NCBI GenBank assembly: GCA_010909165.1
Contig: VJWM01000151.1
Span: 1-64,000, forward strand
Source: Anthoceros angustus
Lineage: Eukaryota; Plantae; Anthocerotophyta
Direction: 5' to 3'
DNA length: 64,000 bases
Below are positions 11,400-23,779 of the stretch, piece by piece. The notes under the pieces are model-generated. The model was not told the origin of the DNA. It did not search any database and was given only the letters and a program-made list of their open reading frames with translations. The translations under genes and the position numbers were made by a program. The first letter of the stretch is position 1; each line of letters begins with the position of its first letter.

Positions 11400-14230
11400 T
11401 CGTATTACATTTCAAGAATTCACTATCTGCGCCAATTTACTCCAATGTGTGAGTTCTCTCGTGGCCGGTTGCACTCCAATTCTAGCTTTAAGGTGGCTTT
11501 TTGCGGTCGGCGAGACACGGTGGCATAGAAAGCGGCGTCTTGGCGTCTCCGCCACCTGACGGATTCGGATACAGGCTCGAGATGGGTCGCGAGGCAGCGG
11601 TGGCCATCCCACCACCACACTAGTAGTTCCGACGCGAAAGTATGGATGAGGGTTCGGGAGGTGATGATATGCCCTGTACACGTGGGCGATTCTTTGGAAG
11701 CCACGGATGTTGCATGGTAGGCGGGGATGGAGTCCGGGGCAGTTGCTTCGGTAAACGCAGATTATACCACATTGAAGAGGAAGTCCAATCGAAAGAAAGG
11801 TGCTAAGCGCAACACCGTTGTTGCTGGCAAACGATGTATGACATCGCTGACGCCGGACGCACTTTTAAAGCTCTTAAGTGTGGATATTTTGGCCCGAACA
11901 AGTCACATGGACATGCGAGGCAAAGTCGTTGTTGCACATGTTTGGGCCAAGATACGTGAAAATCCATGCTTGTGAAAAGATTGTATTCTATTCGGTGAGT
12001 ACGCGGCAGCGCCCATTGCCCTCGCGGTGGCACGCCGCGTACAAGGAAGGGTTTGATGAGCGAGATGTTCCCTCGGTCCTCGCATTTCCTCAAGACGCGA
12101 TTGAAACGCATGTCTGAATGCCGGAAATAGCATGATGATGACTTGGTACGGGAGGCAAAGCGAGAATGGGGACATGTCCATGATGGCGCATACCCCAACA
12201 TGGAGAGTATTTGATGCGCTTGAAGGGTTCGGGATGAACCTCGCAACTTGAGGTTGGCATTATGCATGACGCTTCAACCCCTTTGGTCACAGTCTGTCAA
12301 CACGTCCATATGGCCAGTTATGCTATTCGCTCACAACATGCCTCCTCGGCTTGCACAAAGGACGCCCATGTCATCATGCCTCTCATTGTACCGGGACCGG
12401 CATGGTAAAAATTTTGATGTTTATATGGCGTAGAAGAACCGAAGAGTTGTGGAGAGGTGGACATGGAAGACTTTTCAATAGTGAACGATCCTAGGAGGCA
12501 TTTTAGGTGCGCGGCCGAACGTCATTGCCGACTACCTGTGGGTTGGGCACGACCGGATTGCAAGTGAAAGGGACCCGCGTGTGGATTGTGGTGGACTCGG
12601 ATTCCGCTATTCTCAAAAAAGGTTTATGTTGGCAACAGGAGGTGGTTGCCCGAAGAGATAGCGACGGTGGGAAGACATGGACTACGATGGACGGCGAACT
12701 CCGTCCCCCACCTGTGCCACCAACGCTTGATGATGTGGTGATGATATGGTACGCAGAGAAGGTGCGCCACCCGCCGAGATCCGCAGAGGAAATTTTGGAA
12801 CGCGCGATGTCTTCTCTGCTTAGGGTGCTCCCATATTGGCCACCTTGTGATGGCGCCAAAGGAGTGTCATGCACGTGAAAAGAACAATGCAGAGGCCATA
12901 TGGCACACTTTGACGGGAGAGCGAGACTAGCATCAAGGATGGACATGGAAGCCAATGGAGGGAAAAGGTGGTTGTGGCTTGTAGGAGAGGATCCATTGCC
13001 CGAGGTTACGCTTTGGCGAAAGACGACCTCCGCCAAGTCATAGAGAGAATTAAACGCAAAGCTGCCCACTATGGGTCTAACATAGGAGCGAAATTAGAGG
13101 GGCAAAGTGGCTTGAAGTGCCATGATCGCACATCATGCTGGAAATCATCTTCCCATCGTCCTTGGGGTGCATAGACCCGAGGTGTACAAGGCGGTTGTGA
13201 AATTGGGTCGACATGATGGATTTGCCATGGACAACACGGCCATGAAATTCAAGCACAACGAGAAGAGGTCATGCGGGTGATGTGCTCGGAAAAGCAATTC
13301 CTCCAAAGGTCTTTGATATATCAACCCACCTCATAATACATTTAGTGGACGAGGTGGTGCATTGCAGCACACTGTGGATGTACCCGGAGAGATACTTAGG
13401 ATCCAGAAGCGGACAAGGCCAAACCAGAGTCCAAGATAGGAGAGAGAGGAGTATGCATTTCGGCATGTCATTCCTCCGTTACTATGGTCACGTCGGTGGA
13501 TCATGGAGTCCCGAGGACCGTGGGGAGAAAAGTTGGGTGTCCTGCATACACAATGGATGCCGCTGAGGTGCGCCAGCCCATACTTATGTGTCGTATCACA
13601 CGAAGGTGATGCAGCCGCTTTTGGACATGTACGACGAAGAGGTGAGGATGTACGGTGCACATGAGGAACGCAAGTTTCAAGAGGTGGGTGCATGAAGAAG
13701 GGCGGTGAGCGCTTGGGAGGGCATCCTGCTATGACCCACAAGTGAGGGCTATAATGGATGGCCTCACAAGCACGCACATAGTCACATGTGGAACAAAGGC
13801 AGCCACCTCAATGCGAGGCATAAACGGCGAGCACACAAAGTGGGCGCAAAGTTTATCATGGGGTGGGGAGCCGGGAGCTCAAGAGGAGCGCGTCTTCTAC
13901 GGCCACATAGAGCAACATCGCGGATGCGCTTTGAGGAGTATAATCCAGCTTGAAGGTTGATGGTACGAGTGTCGGCCAGAGGGACAAGGCCATCGCGGAA
14001 GTCGTACACGGGTTTGACCTTGTGAATACCGAAGGTTTCCGTGGTTGGTGCACTCCATCGATGGTCCATTTGTGTGGCCATCGCAGGTAACTCAGTGCAT
14101 GATGCATCCGGAGACAGTGGATGGAAACAGGGGGTTGGCCCTGGCCGTGCCTACTCCGGCGAGGGGATGGAGAGGAGGAACCCATGCTGGCACATAGATT
14201 GTGGCATGTCGTTTGAGTAGCTGAACGGAT
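11400..14230 (+). pseudogene. tnp2: CACTA/En-Spm TnpD(Tnp2)-type transposase, heavily frameshifted
   Basis: Motifs in the expected order across frames: EAKSLLHMFGPRYVKIHAC (~11920-11975); RNLRLAL..FNPFG, IWPVMLFAHNMPP, IVPGP and GKNFDVYM (Transposase_21, 12240-12430); FDISTHLIIHLVDEV..WMYPERYLG (DUF4218-like, 13310-13400); FYGHIEQ..GFDLVNT (DUF4216-like, 13890-14030). Confidence 0.9.
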
Positions 14231-15249
14231 GGGGCAAAACCAGCATGCCAAGTGGGCATTAAAGTATTTCCAAACAAACAAGCAGATCCAATGGCGGAAT
14301 GTGCCAATACCCGACGTGAATGGTCGAGGAAGTCGATGATTACGTTAAATGGAGTAATGGGGCATTGAGAGCGCCATTTGGGCAATATCATACATCACGA
14401 GTAACGCAACGTAACCAATGGGACATGAAAATTGCTCCACAAGTCGAGGTTGTGGTCGAAAATGTTGTGATTATGGGCAAGTAGCAGTGCTGCAGCGTAC
14501 CGGTCCGCCGATAGCGCAGAATGACCACCGCCTTTTGCAAACAAGCTTTTTCAAAATGGTCTTGAATGCATACGGACTCATGGCCCGGCGCCTTTCACCC
14601 GAGAGGAAGCCATTGCCTCAAAGATGGAACGGCGGTGGACAACCGTCTGGTGGAGAGTATGGCCACCGAGGCTTGCCGGGCGAGTCGCAGGGCGCCACCA
14701 CGCGCGCTGACGGGCGCCGACGACGATGGACCGACCGGGTGGGGAGGATGGGGGCAACCGCCTCGGCGGTCGCTCATCCCCGCACCTGCCCGGGTCTTCA
14801 TGACCAAGAAGCCTCCTCATCAAGACCCGAAGGTAAGAGGCGAGAGATGGTCACGAAGGGAGTTGATTTTGACGACGCCGAGATCGGAACCTCCCACCGA
14901 CGGATGCGGAGTTGGAGCATTGCGTAAGAATTGAACGACATAGAGGAGGAGCTATTTGATGAGGTTGGTTGTCGCGAGTCGATTTAACGGCAAGTGATGC
15001 GGCAAAAGTGTAAGTGCACACTTTGCAAGACGCCGCAAAGTGTGCACACGCTCAAGTTTGCAGCCGGGTGAGTGGGCATGGTGGACAAACGGGTAACAGA
15101 GCACCGGCCGCGTGTGTTTAAGCATGGGGACAAGGGAGGCAACCTTCGAGGGTGGGCGGTGCGGCAAGAAGGGAAAGTGGGAATCGTGGAAGGCCGGACA
15201 AGCCGAGGAGGCCGACGACGCAGCACTTGATCTCGAATGGCGCAATCAC

Positions 15250-15900
15250 CGCAAGTGGTGTTCTAACCGGTGATGACATGTGGTCTCGGATCCGGGCGCG
15301 TGAGTGCGGGACAACGGACATCGTTAAAGCCTTGATAAACAAGCATGGGGTGAAATGGTCAAGGAGGCCATGCAAAACCACATGAAGCGGGGAGGGACTC
15401 ATGTTGTTCGGGCGAGAAGCAAGGCACGCAGAATCTGGTACCGTGAGGACGAAGGTTGTGAATGAACTCGTACCGCAAGATGATGGACGCCCGAAGAAGA
15501 GAAAGCACGGTTAGTGAAACTGTCTCAAGCATTCCTGCACCGGTGGTCAAGTCCAAGATAAGCCGACACTTCTCGCAGATGACGCGACACGCACTCGATG
15601 TGGAAGCGCGCCGCTAGAGGAATGGTAGAGGGGAGGACATGGGAAGAAACCGAGCATGGTGGATGAAAGAGTGGGAAGATGCACTTGCATGGGCTCGGAT
15701 GGAGTTGAAGAGGAACGGGAAGTTTGAGCCATCAAGTACGAAATCGCAGAAAAGAGAGGCTAGCCAAAAACGGGGATGGGTCCAAACCCATGGGGAAAGG
15801 GAGGGCGTCCGGGGGTGGTGAGGTTTGAGAATCAAGATGGGCGGTTTCCAACGGAAGAAGAGGCGAGTATGGGAGGTTGAAGAGGACGATTTCCATAGTG
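15250..15900 (+). pseudogene. Probable second CACTA ORF (TnpA-like) remnant
   Basis: Lies downstream of the transposase on the same strand. Fragments WSRIRARECG..KHGVKW, WTPEEEKARL and RAWWMKEWEDALAWARMELK. Confidence 0.4.
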
Positions 15901-17729
15901 TGTTGTGCGGAGTTCCTACGGTGGGAGTGTATGACAAGACACCGTAGATTCAAGCCATTGCAAGGAGAACAAGGAAATGACCATTTTGCTTAATGACATT
16001 GAATTGGAGATGGATCCCGATATGGTGGCCTTCCGAGGCGACGGAAGGAAGGGGTGGAGGCAGCGTGGTGCACGTGGTGGCGATGTGGGCGTGGAGAGGC
16101 TAGGAAGGAATGCAGATGGCGGAAGGGGCTTGGGGGAGGAGGACGGAGGCGGGGCACAACGGTATTGGAAGGGGGAAAGGCGGCGATGAAACAAGAGGTG
16201 AAGTGGAGGCCACGCGTCACGAGGCGCGAGGGAGGCAGCAGAGGGGAAAGCGACGGTATGGGCGAATTGTGGTGCCGCGACACCACGATCGCCAGTTTGG
16301 TGGAAGCGCATGCACAGGAATGGTGTGATTGGAGGCGGGCGACGAGGGCATGTCACGTGGGCAGCAAGCGGAGAAGAGGTGGAGGAGTGCCCGAGACCGG
16401 AAGGTGTGACCATGTTTGCGGAGGGTGGAGGCCGTTGGGATCGAGATGGATTGACGCCGTTGAATGGCGGGAACAATGAGTGTGGAGGCGGGGAGTCGGG
16501 TGGTGGACCACGGAGGGGCAACCGATCCGTCACCGGAGGAAACACACTTGTGTGCACGGTGGACAGCCAAAAAGCAGTAGGAGGAGGCGGGTGGCGGGGC
16601 AGACGGTGGATCACCCAGCATCCATGCTGGCGGGGCCAAAAGGCGTCACTAGCATGAGGCGGATGTCGAGAGAGAATGAAGGAGGTCAAGAGGGCATCAT
16701 GCGTGCCTTTGATATGGGCAAAGGCGATTGCAGATGCGAGGCAAGGGGGACAGGGGCGTGGGGGCGCTGATGGACGATCCAAGAGGCAGTCTTGAAGAGG
16801 ACGATGTGCCTAATTTCGTGCCGACACATATCTTGCGCCTCCGATCGAGCATGGACCTACATAGTGGAGCCCAGTTGAGGCAACGCCACTGCGATAAAGG
16901 GTGAAGAGGAAAAGAGGAGGAGGAGTAGAGGCGGCGGTGGGGCAGTGACAAGGGCACGGGCTGCGGCGGCCGAAGAAGGACGGAAGAGGAAACCGCAGGC
17001 GAAGATACGAGGAGGGACGGAGGAAGGTAAGGCAAATGGTCACTATGGTGATTGGTACACCCATTAACGTTGGGTAACTCATGATGGCCATGTTGGTTGT
17101 ATATGTGCAACGTGTGGGCGGGGAGGAAGCGGTAGAAGTGGCAAAGCTTGCCTCGCCAGCGAGGAAGAAGAAAATTGGGAATCGAGCAGGAGGCGGAAGT
17201 TTCTGTAGGTGCATACGATGGAGTAGGAAGTGCCTTACATGGAGGCGTAAAAGCATAAGCCGTAGCATACCAAAACTCCTCCGCACAATCTTGTAGGGGC
17301 ATAACCTCACACGGTGCGTCACAATAAGGTGATAGGTGGGGACTGGGGCCATGGTGAAGCCGTTGGCTATTGGTGACGTGGGAAGGACAAACCGCCGGCA
17401 TGCTATAAAGTAGGGGTAGAAAGAGCCGGCTATTTACACGTATAGTAAATACATAGTACCGTACCATGAATATATACAAGATTATGCGTATGGAATACGC
17501 ATAGTATACAAACTTATTTTATATGAAATTGAATACGCCTTATAGCACTTAGAATAATATATTACATTTATCGTGAGACTACATGTGTATAGTATAAGGA
17601 TGTATTCGATGTATTTATATATGGTCGTATTGAAGGGCGACATGTAACTACCAAGTAAAACGTGGTATTGCCAAGGGCAAAAGTAAAAGGAATAGTGGAT
17701 GGGGAGGAGGTTCTGCACCAAGCCTCCAA

Positions 17730-17975
17730 AAGTGTTACAAGACCTCTCTTGTAACACTTTAGATGTTGCAATCATGTTGCAATTTTGAGAGAGGGCAAAA
17801 CCACCTCTCTTCATCTTAACATAATTGCAACACCATTGCAACATGATTGCAACAACGGCCGTGGTATGGTTTCCAAGCCAAAGTGTAACAAGGGGCCCAA
17901 AGTGTTACATGACCCCAAAATTGCAACATGAGTGTTACATCCAGGGGTCCAAATCTTAACATAAAGTGTAACATA
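17730..17975. repeat. CACTA subterminal repeats (AAGTGTTACA/TGTAACACTT and TGTTGCAA/TTGCAACA, both orientations)
   Basis: More than 10 short direct and inverted motifs packed within ~250 bp immediately inside the TIR. Confidence 0.8.
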
Positions 17976-17983
17976 GGGTGCCC

Positions 17984-17996
17984 TTTTCTAGTAGGG
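17984..17996 (-). mobile_element. Right terminal inverted repeat of the CACTA element
   Basis: TTTTCTAGTAGGG is one mismatch from the reverse complement of CACTACTAGAAAA and follows the subterminal repeats. No matching left TIR seen in the window. Confidence 0.7.
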
Positions 17997-18434
17997 TTGC
18001 ATCACCATTCAAATTTTGAGTTAGTGGGTGGACAGTGCCACCTTGAAAGGCGTGTGGCGAAGCCTCACATCTAAACGCAACTAATGCTATTAATCCGGCA
18101 GACGACCGCCACCGCTGCCAATCTCTCTTAGCCGAGCTCTTTGCCGCTTTGCTCGACTACAAGTGGTTTATGGCTATCGATGTAGCGACTGGATTTCCCA
18201 TCCCGCCGATCAGAGTGTTTGTTCTGCTGTATATCGTCGGGGAGGTGTCACCGCTTGCTGTTTGCCGCTCGCGGCCTTCGCTATTCCTGCTGCCAGTATT
18301 TAGTGAAAAGGAATATGGCTATCGCTAGCACACAGGTCGACATTGCCAAGTGTAACGTGCTCGTCATTCTCTTGTGATGCTTGCATTTTCCGTGTCGTGG
18401 TTAAGGGGGTATGTTGAACGTGGTAGGGTTCCTC

Positions 18435-18452
18435 TGTAACCACGTCACTTGG

Positions 18453-18530
<78 letters not shown>

Positions 18531-18737
18531 GTTAAGTTATTAACCTAGCCCTAAAGTGAAACGCTTTACACCAGTTTTGTACTTAAACACTTCATTCATT
18601 GATTAATTGATATTGTATTGTCCATAAGACCAGGTGTCTTCCTTCTTTTGTTCTCCGCTCTAGAATAGTTAACACCATCATAGCCTCACGATTGACTATG
18701 TCCTTCACGGTTGGAGCTTGCTCAATCCGCCGTGACA
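18435..18737 (-). mobile_element. Solo-LTR-like element related to the chromovirus LTR
   Basis: The reverse complement of 18679-18737 (TGTCACGGCGGATTGAGCAAGCTCC..TGAAGGACATAGTCAAT..GCTATG) matches the start of the LTR at 40532. The other end reads ..GGTTACA. Length 303 bp versus 323 bp. No TSD. Confidence 0.6.
18454..18530. repeat. (TAT)n microsatellite, ~25 units
   Basis: Perfect trinucleotide run. Confidence 0.98.
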
Positions 18738-19194
18738 TAAAGAGATGGCCATGATGGTTGCAAGTGGATGGAGTAGATGAGGATTATTAAAAGACCCGTT
18801 GGTGGCTAGGGAGGGTCCCCAAGAATACTCTTAATTAGACCTTTTTGAAAGGTCACGGATATAAGGTTGAGTAGCTAGAAGCCGTAAAGGAAGAGGGAGG
18901 CTGGCCTAAGGGAGGCCATATGTGTATGCCCTATATAAGGGGCAAATTTTGAGAAGTAAAGTACCATAATTACGCTTCCCTTGCTTGGCGAGTGTCTTGC
19001 TTCCTGTGAGTTCTTCGTTGCTGGCTGCAAGCTAACCCAACGGCTGGTAGAGGGGAGAAGTGGCTATGGTCGGAGTACTTGGTGGAGGGCTTGCTTCCTA
19101 CGGGCGCCTCTGCAATTGAATGGTTGCTGTGAAGCTGCTTTGCTTTGGATGTGTAGCGTTGCCCAAGAACAAGGTCTCCTTAGGGCTAGTGACA
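18738..19194 (+). mobile_element. LTR-like fragment of another family
   Basis: CCTATATAAGGGG TATA context (TATATAA at 18932-18938) and a typical ..GGGCTAGTGACA terminus at 19194. No partner copy in the window. Confidence 0.4.
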
Positions 19195-19907
19195 CACTCC
19201 ACTTTCCGGAGACGGGCCAAATATGTCATCAAAATTTGCACTTAAGAAAACTCGAACGTTGATTTTGAGGGTTTGTGGAAAGCGGCTAAAAATACAACGC
19301 ATAGTACACCAAACCCATTCCACTTCATCAAAACTTGAAATTTATTGGCAATATTTCCACACCTCGATGTCTCATGGTTAAACAAAAGAGGCATTCGGGA
19401 GAAAAAGTAGAGATCCTTATAAATTTATGGCGTCAGACTAGAACATTTATTTAGGCTTTATTTCAATCGATGTCACTTTTTGGGATACATTACGACCAAA
19501 GCTACCTTTTACAAACCGGCATATGGAAAAGTGTAGACCGTCATGTTACACAATTGGACGAATGCATCACTAGCGGCTCACTGCTTGTGGGCCTTAGGGT
19601 TATCCATGTAAAATACATGGAATAATATTATTCAAATATACATCCCAAGGTACAAAGTAAGTATATTGATGAATACATTTCTCGCTAATAAAGTATTGGA
19701 AAACCGATATGGTGTAGTTCACATGTAACCGCCTCCACCCATGCCATAGACATTGACTGGCTCATAGCCATCGTGTGGACAAAACATTCCAACTGCATTC
19801 CCCAAACTCAAACCCTCGTTTCCGCTTTCACGCTCCTATCTCCAACGTCCTCCAATTTTGCCAGGTGTCCCCATCACTGCGCCTGAAATGCCCGTTGGTG
19901 CATGCGG

Positions 19908-19992
19908 GGACAACCATGCTCAACTCTCGCAATGACAACCATGCGCAATGACAACCATGCAACCATATCAAACCATGCGCGACAACCATGCT
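19908..19992. repeat. Short degenerate tandem repeat of ACAACCATGC
   Basis: Four full copies (near 19909, 19936, 19951 and 19983) plus partial AACCAT copies. Confidence 0.8.
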
Positions 19993-20664
19993 CATGGACC
20001 TTGAATCAATTCCATGGACAAGGCCGGCGGAAGAGGAGGAGGTGGGCGAGGAGCCCGCTATGGAGGCGGAAGACGCGTTCAATAAGGAGCCCATGGTGAA
20101 CAACATGGGTGGTCCATATGTATCGTTGAAGGCAGAGAAAGCACGAGACCAAGGGTCATATGGCATGTGGTGAAGCAGCTGCAGGCGACAACTCAATGGT
20201 CCTTGGGGATGCGGAGCAGCAAGTGAAGGATGCAAAAGAGCCCCCTCCTCCGGGTTTGCTTGACAGCCAGATGGTGGGGGATGTAGGATTGGAAAACTTT
20301 GCTCCACAGATCGAGGTGTGTCGTGCGGACAGTGGATAGGCTACGTGTTTGTTTCGAGGATTCTGGTAGGAGGAACCGGTGTGGGTCTTAAGCAATGGAT
20401 AGCCGGTGGTATCTGGCACTTTGGTCGACTGTGCATGCAAGCAGGCTATGAACACAACAAACACATCAGGCGGCAAGGTCCCTGGAGCAGACCTAGACAA
20501 CAAACACGGTGCTGGTGGAGCACGAAAGCCAGGAAGCATGGGAGTGGTGGCGATTCGAGAATGTGTTCGGCGTGATTGCGCCGGGTATTTGATGAGCGAG
20601 ATCATGGGCGTCTGTTCTGCGGTGCAAGGTATGGATTCGTAAACAACGGACCGATTTCAAAGAA

Positions 20665-20770
20665 GCGCGGCCCATTCGTGCATGAAAGTGCATCAATACA
20701 ATCGCCAAATCTGCTCCTAATCTCCCCGCTAGGGAAGACTGTATGTTGTAAACCCACTAGATAAAACAAA
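20665..20770 (+). pseudogene. Possible Ulp1-like (peptidase C48) fragment of the kind carried by CACTA/Mutator elements
   Basis: LLLISPLGKTV followed, after a frameshift, by VVNPLD resembles HW-x-LL-x-I-x-P..VYVLD(S/P)L. The catalytic His-Trp and Cys were not found. Confidence 0.25.
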
Positions 20771-23700
20771 TGGTGTACGAAGATGACAATGGATGTCATG
20801 TGACAATCCAACTTCAAACACAGATGTTCAACGCTTTCACATAGTCGACTAACACCCGCCTCACACACACATGTAGCAAGATGACTTTCCAATTTTATCC
20901 TTGACCACCGCAGTACACTGGACATGTCAGTGCCTTTGCCCTCCACACCATTCACACCGCCCAACCCCGAGTGGAATCCGTGTGTTGATCAACACGCTGC
21001 AACACGAGTTTGCACCGCCAGCCCCGCCGCCCAACCGTAAATTCCTTAAGGACCAAGCAAAGCAGCCGGATCACTCCAGCGTGCTTGAAAGGAACCCGCC
21101 CATGTTGTGATTGCCACCACCGGGGTCAACTTCCAATTCCATCGCCCATGTGGAATTCTCGCCAAAGAGTCACCGGGAGGTGAGGTCTCCATCGCATGCA
21201 ATATTCAGGCAAGCCACTTCCAAACGATTCGCAGACGGGGTCGCGCTCGCAGTGAACAAAATCATCGAAGGATCCAAATAGTTGGGTGATGCGATTTGTA
21301 TTATCAATATCTTTTCAAAGGTTAGGCGAGAAGTGATATGGGATACGATTTCAAAGTTGAACTAGTATGTCGACACCTTATATATGGATGAAATTCATAT
21401 TCGCATTTAGATTTAGATTCGGATATTTGGGACCCGGCTTCCACCACTCGAGAAGCTAGTGCTAGTTGTTGATGAGGAGGAAAGTGATCATTTTTATTAT
21501 TTCTAGCGCATGAGCTGGACGATGATTCACGTGACATGTTTCATTTATATGTATATTCTTTAGCCATAGGTCAATGGACGGTTCAAGAATTCAACCAAAA
21601 AGAAACATAGGTGACATGTTCATCAATCGTAAGTGCTGTGCTATCGAGATTCGGAGTTAATATTACTTTGATTGCACATGTTGTAGACGACAATTATGAT
21701 GTATTATTTGAGCTGGTGTCATTTGATAATGAGATAATTACAAGTCAGAAACCTTTATGAGTGGAAACCCTCTTGAGCCTTTAAATTTACATCCATATGG
21801 TGAAGTACGGAAATTGGATTTGTTGCCCACAATGGACACTTTTATGGTATGGATGGTAAAAGAAGGGGTAAGAAGTTTTCTATCGCCATCTACAAGCGTA
21901 ACCAACAAGCGCTCAAGTGGGAAAGTTTAATCACGAGGACTTTGCAATACAAAGCCTATTTGCACGCTTTGTTCCACCTAGTCAATGGAAGTGTTTGGAA
22001 TTGGCGACTTTATATATTTACATTTTTTGTACATTAAGAAATCGAAAAGACGGAAAAGATGATAGGAGTTGTGTACATTACCTTATCTCGCAATATAATT
22101 TACAATGGATGGAGAATTGTGTTTCAAGATGAAATTGTCAACCCCATGAGGACATGAAGCCTAGAAGGACCAACTTCCATTTTGGGGTGTTCAAAATTTT
22201 TCATGTTTGTTCATCATCTAGAAATGATCTACTTGACAAAAGTCTAAATAAGTATACTAGAATTTAGATACAAAACCGATTCTTACAACATAGATAAATC
22301 AAATAGCGATTCTTGAAAAGAAATCTTTTTAGTCCACGGACAATGTAATCCTCGAAAAGAAATTATATCTTGTTGTATCTTTCATTGCTTATTTGTCCCC
22401 TTAAATCGAGGTTGACAACGGGGCTAGTCCCCTTTGGCACGAGGTCCAGAGAGTTGTTCCATCACCCCGGTAGATGGGGACTTCCTATCTCTTGCATATT
22501 TATAAAGTCTCCACGCTCTCTATTTTTGTCCGATTTTTCACGAATGTATCTTTACCTTTTTTTTACTTTAAATTTACATACATTGATTCACAGTTCGAAT
22601 TCCATAGCTGAATAATTGTAGAAATAAAAATAATATAATACTATTTTATTTCCTTTTCGACGCATGAAAACTAAAGTGCCTCAACAAAGTGAACAAAGTT
22701 TGAGTCTGGAAGGTAGGAACATAGTCGGAGTGGTAAAATATGGACAACTAAAAATGCACGCCAAATTAGGTTCTTACGTCATTTCCAGCCGATGCAGTTA
22801 GGTTTCTCATAGCATGGCACAAATGATATGATGACATGGACGGTCTTGATTCTTTGGGTATGGGTAGGGGTATGCAAAATGTGGTGAACTCAAACTTTGA
22901 GGCACGCCACTTTTTTCGCAGCATGAACACAAAGAGTGTGGTGATATGGCATAGCTATGCCCATGCAGGCACGGCACGCCAGAGGTGCTTGCTCTATATG
23001 AGTGGAGCTCACGAATGGAGCGACCTCGGGATGGCATGAGCTTGCATCGTGCAAGTCCCTCATTTCGCACTCATATCTAGCACCAAAAGTTGCCAACAAA
23101 GCGATCCTCGCCCAAGCTCCTTTAAATTTGCAAATTTATACATGAAGCTAATCGCACCATGGGCAAACGCTTGATCTAAAGAGGTCGACGAATGTACGTC
23201 CTATTGGAGTGATGCCTGCTGCTGCCTAGCTGCATGATGATCTAGGGCCTTTACCCTTTCCCCGACCATATCCTACAATCACCACATGTCCACCACATCC
23301 TTCCGGCCATAGACATGGGCATCATGTATGAAGCTTCTTCCCTTGGTACATAGCACCTAATTGTCGACGACACGCTACAAGGCCCACACCTATAGGTGAG
23401 TATCGATACTTTGTATTTTATATTTTATAACTTAAATAGTTAAATACAAAAATATAAAATTTGATATATATAGTAAATATATTTGCAACTAACAAATAAT
23501 ACATGCCGCATGGAGAAGAAAATAAAAGGGCTTTTATTAAAGGAGAAGAGATGGGGTAAGCCCATCTACCTTTCAAAGGCTAACACTAGCTAGGGACCTC
23601 AAGGGTCCGTGTAAGCAACTAAGCTCAATCTAAAATCTATGGCTCCGCAATATCATGACTAAGTAGGTTTTAGAGGATGTGAGCACGCTTTGGTGGCTCG

Positions 23701-23779
23701 ATTCACGTATGAAAACGGTGTGCCACAGGATCACTGGACCAATCGAGGTGTCACCATGATCACCTTATCATTGTCGCCC

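Noticed and set aside
14400-17480. Many overlapping 60-290 aa ORFs on both strands (also at 850-6000)
   Set aside because: These are GC-rich, strand-skewed sequences with few stop codons. The Pro/Ser-rich translations are shadow frames of G-rich TE DNA.
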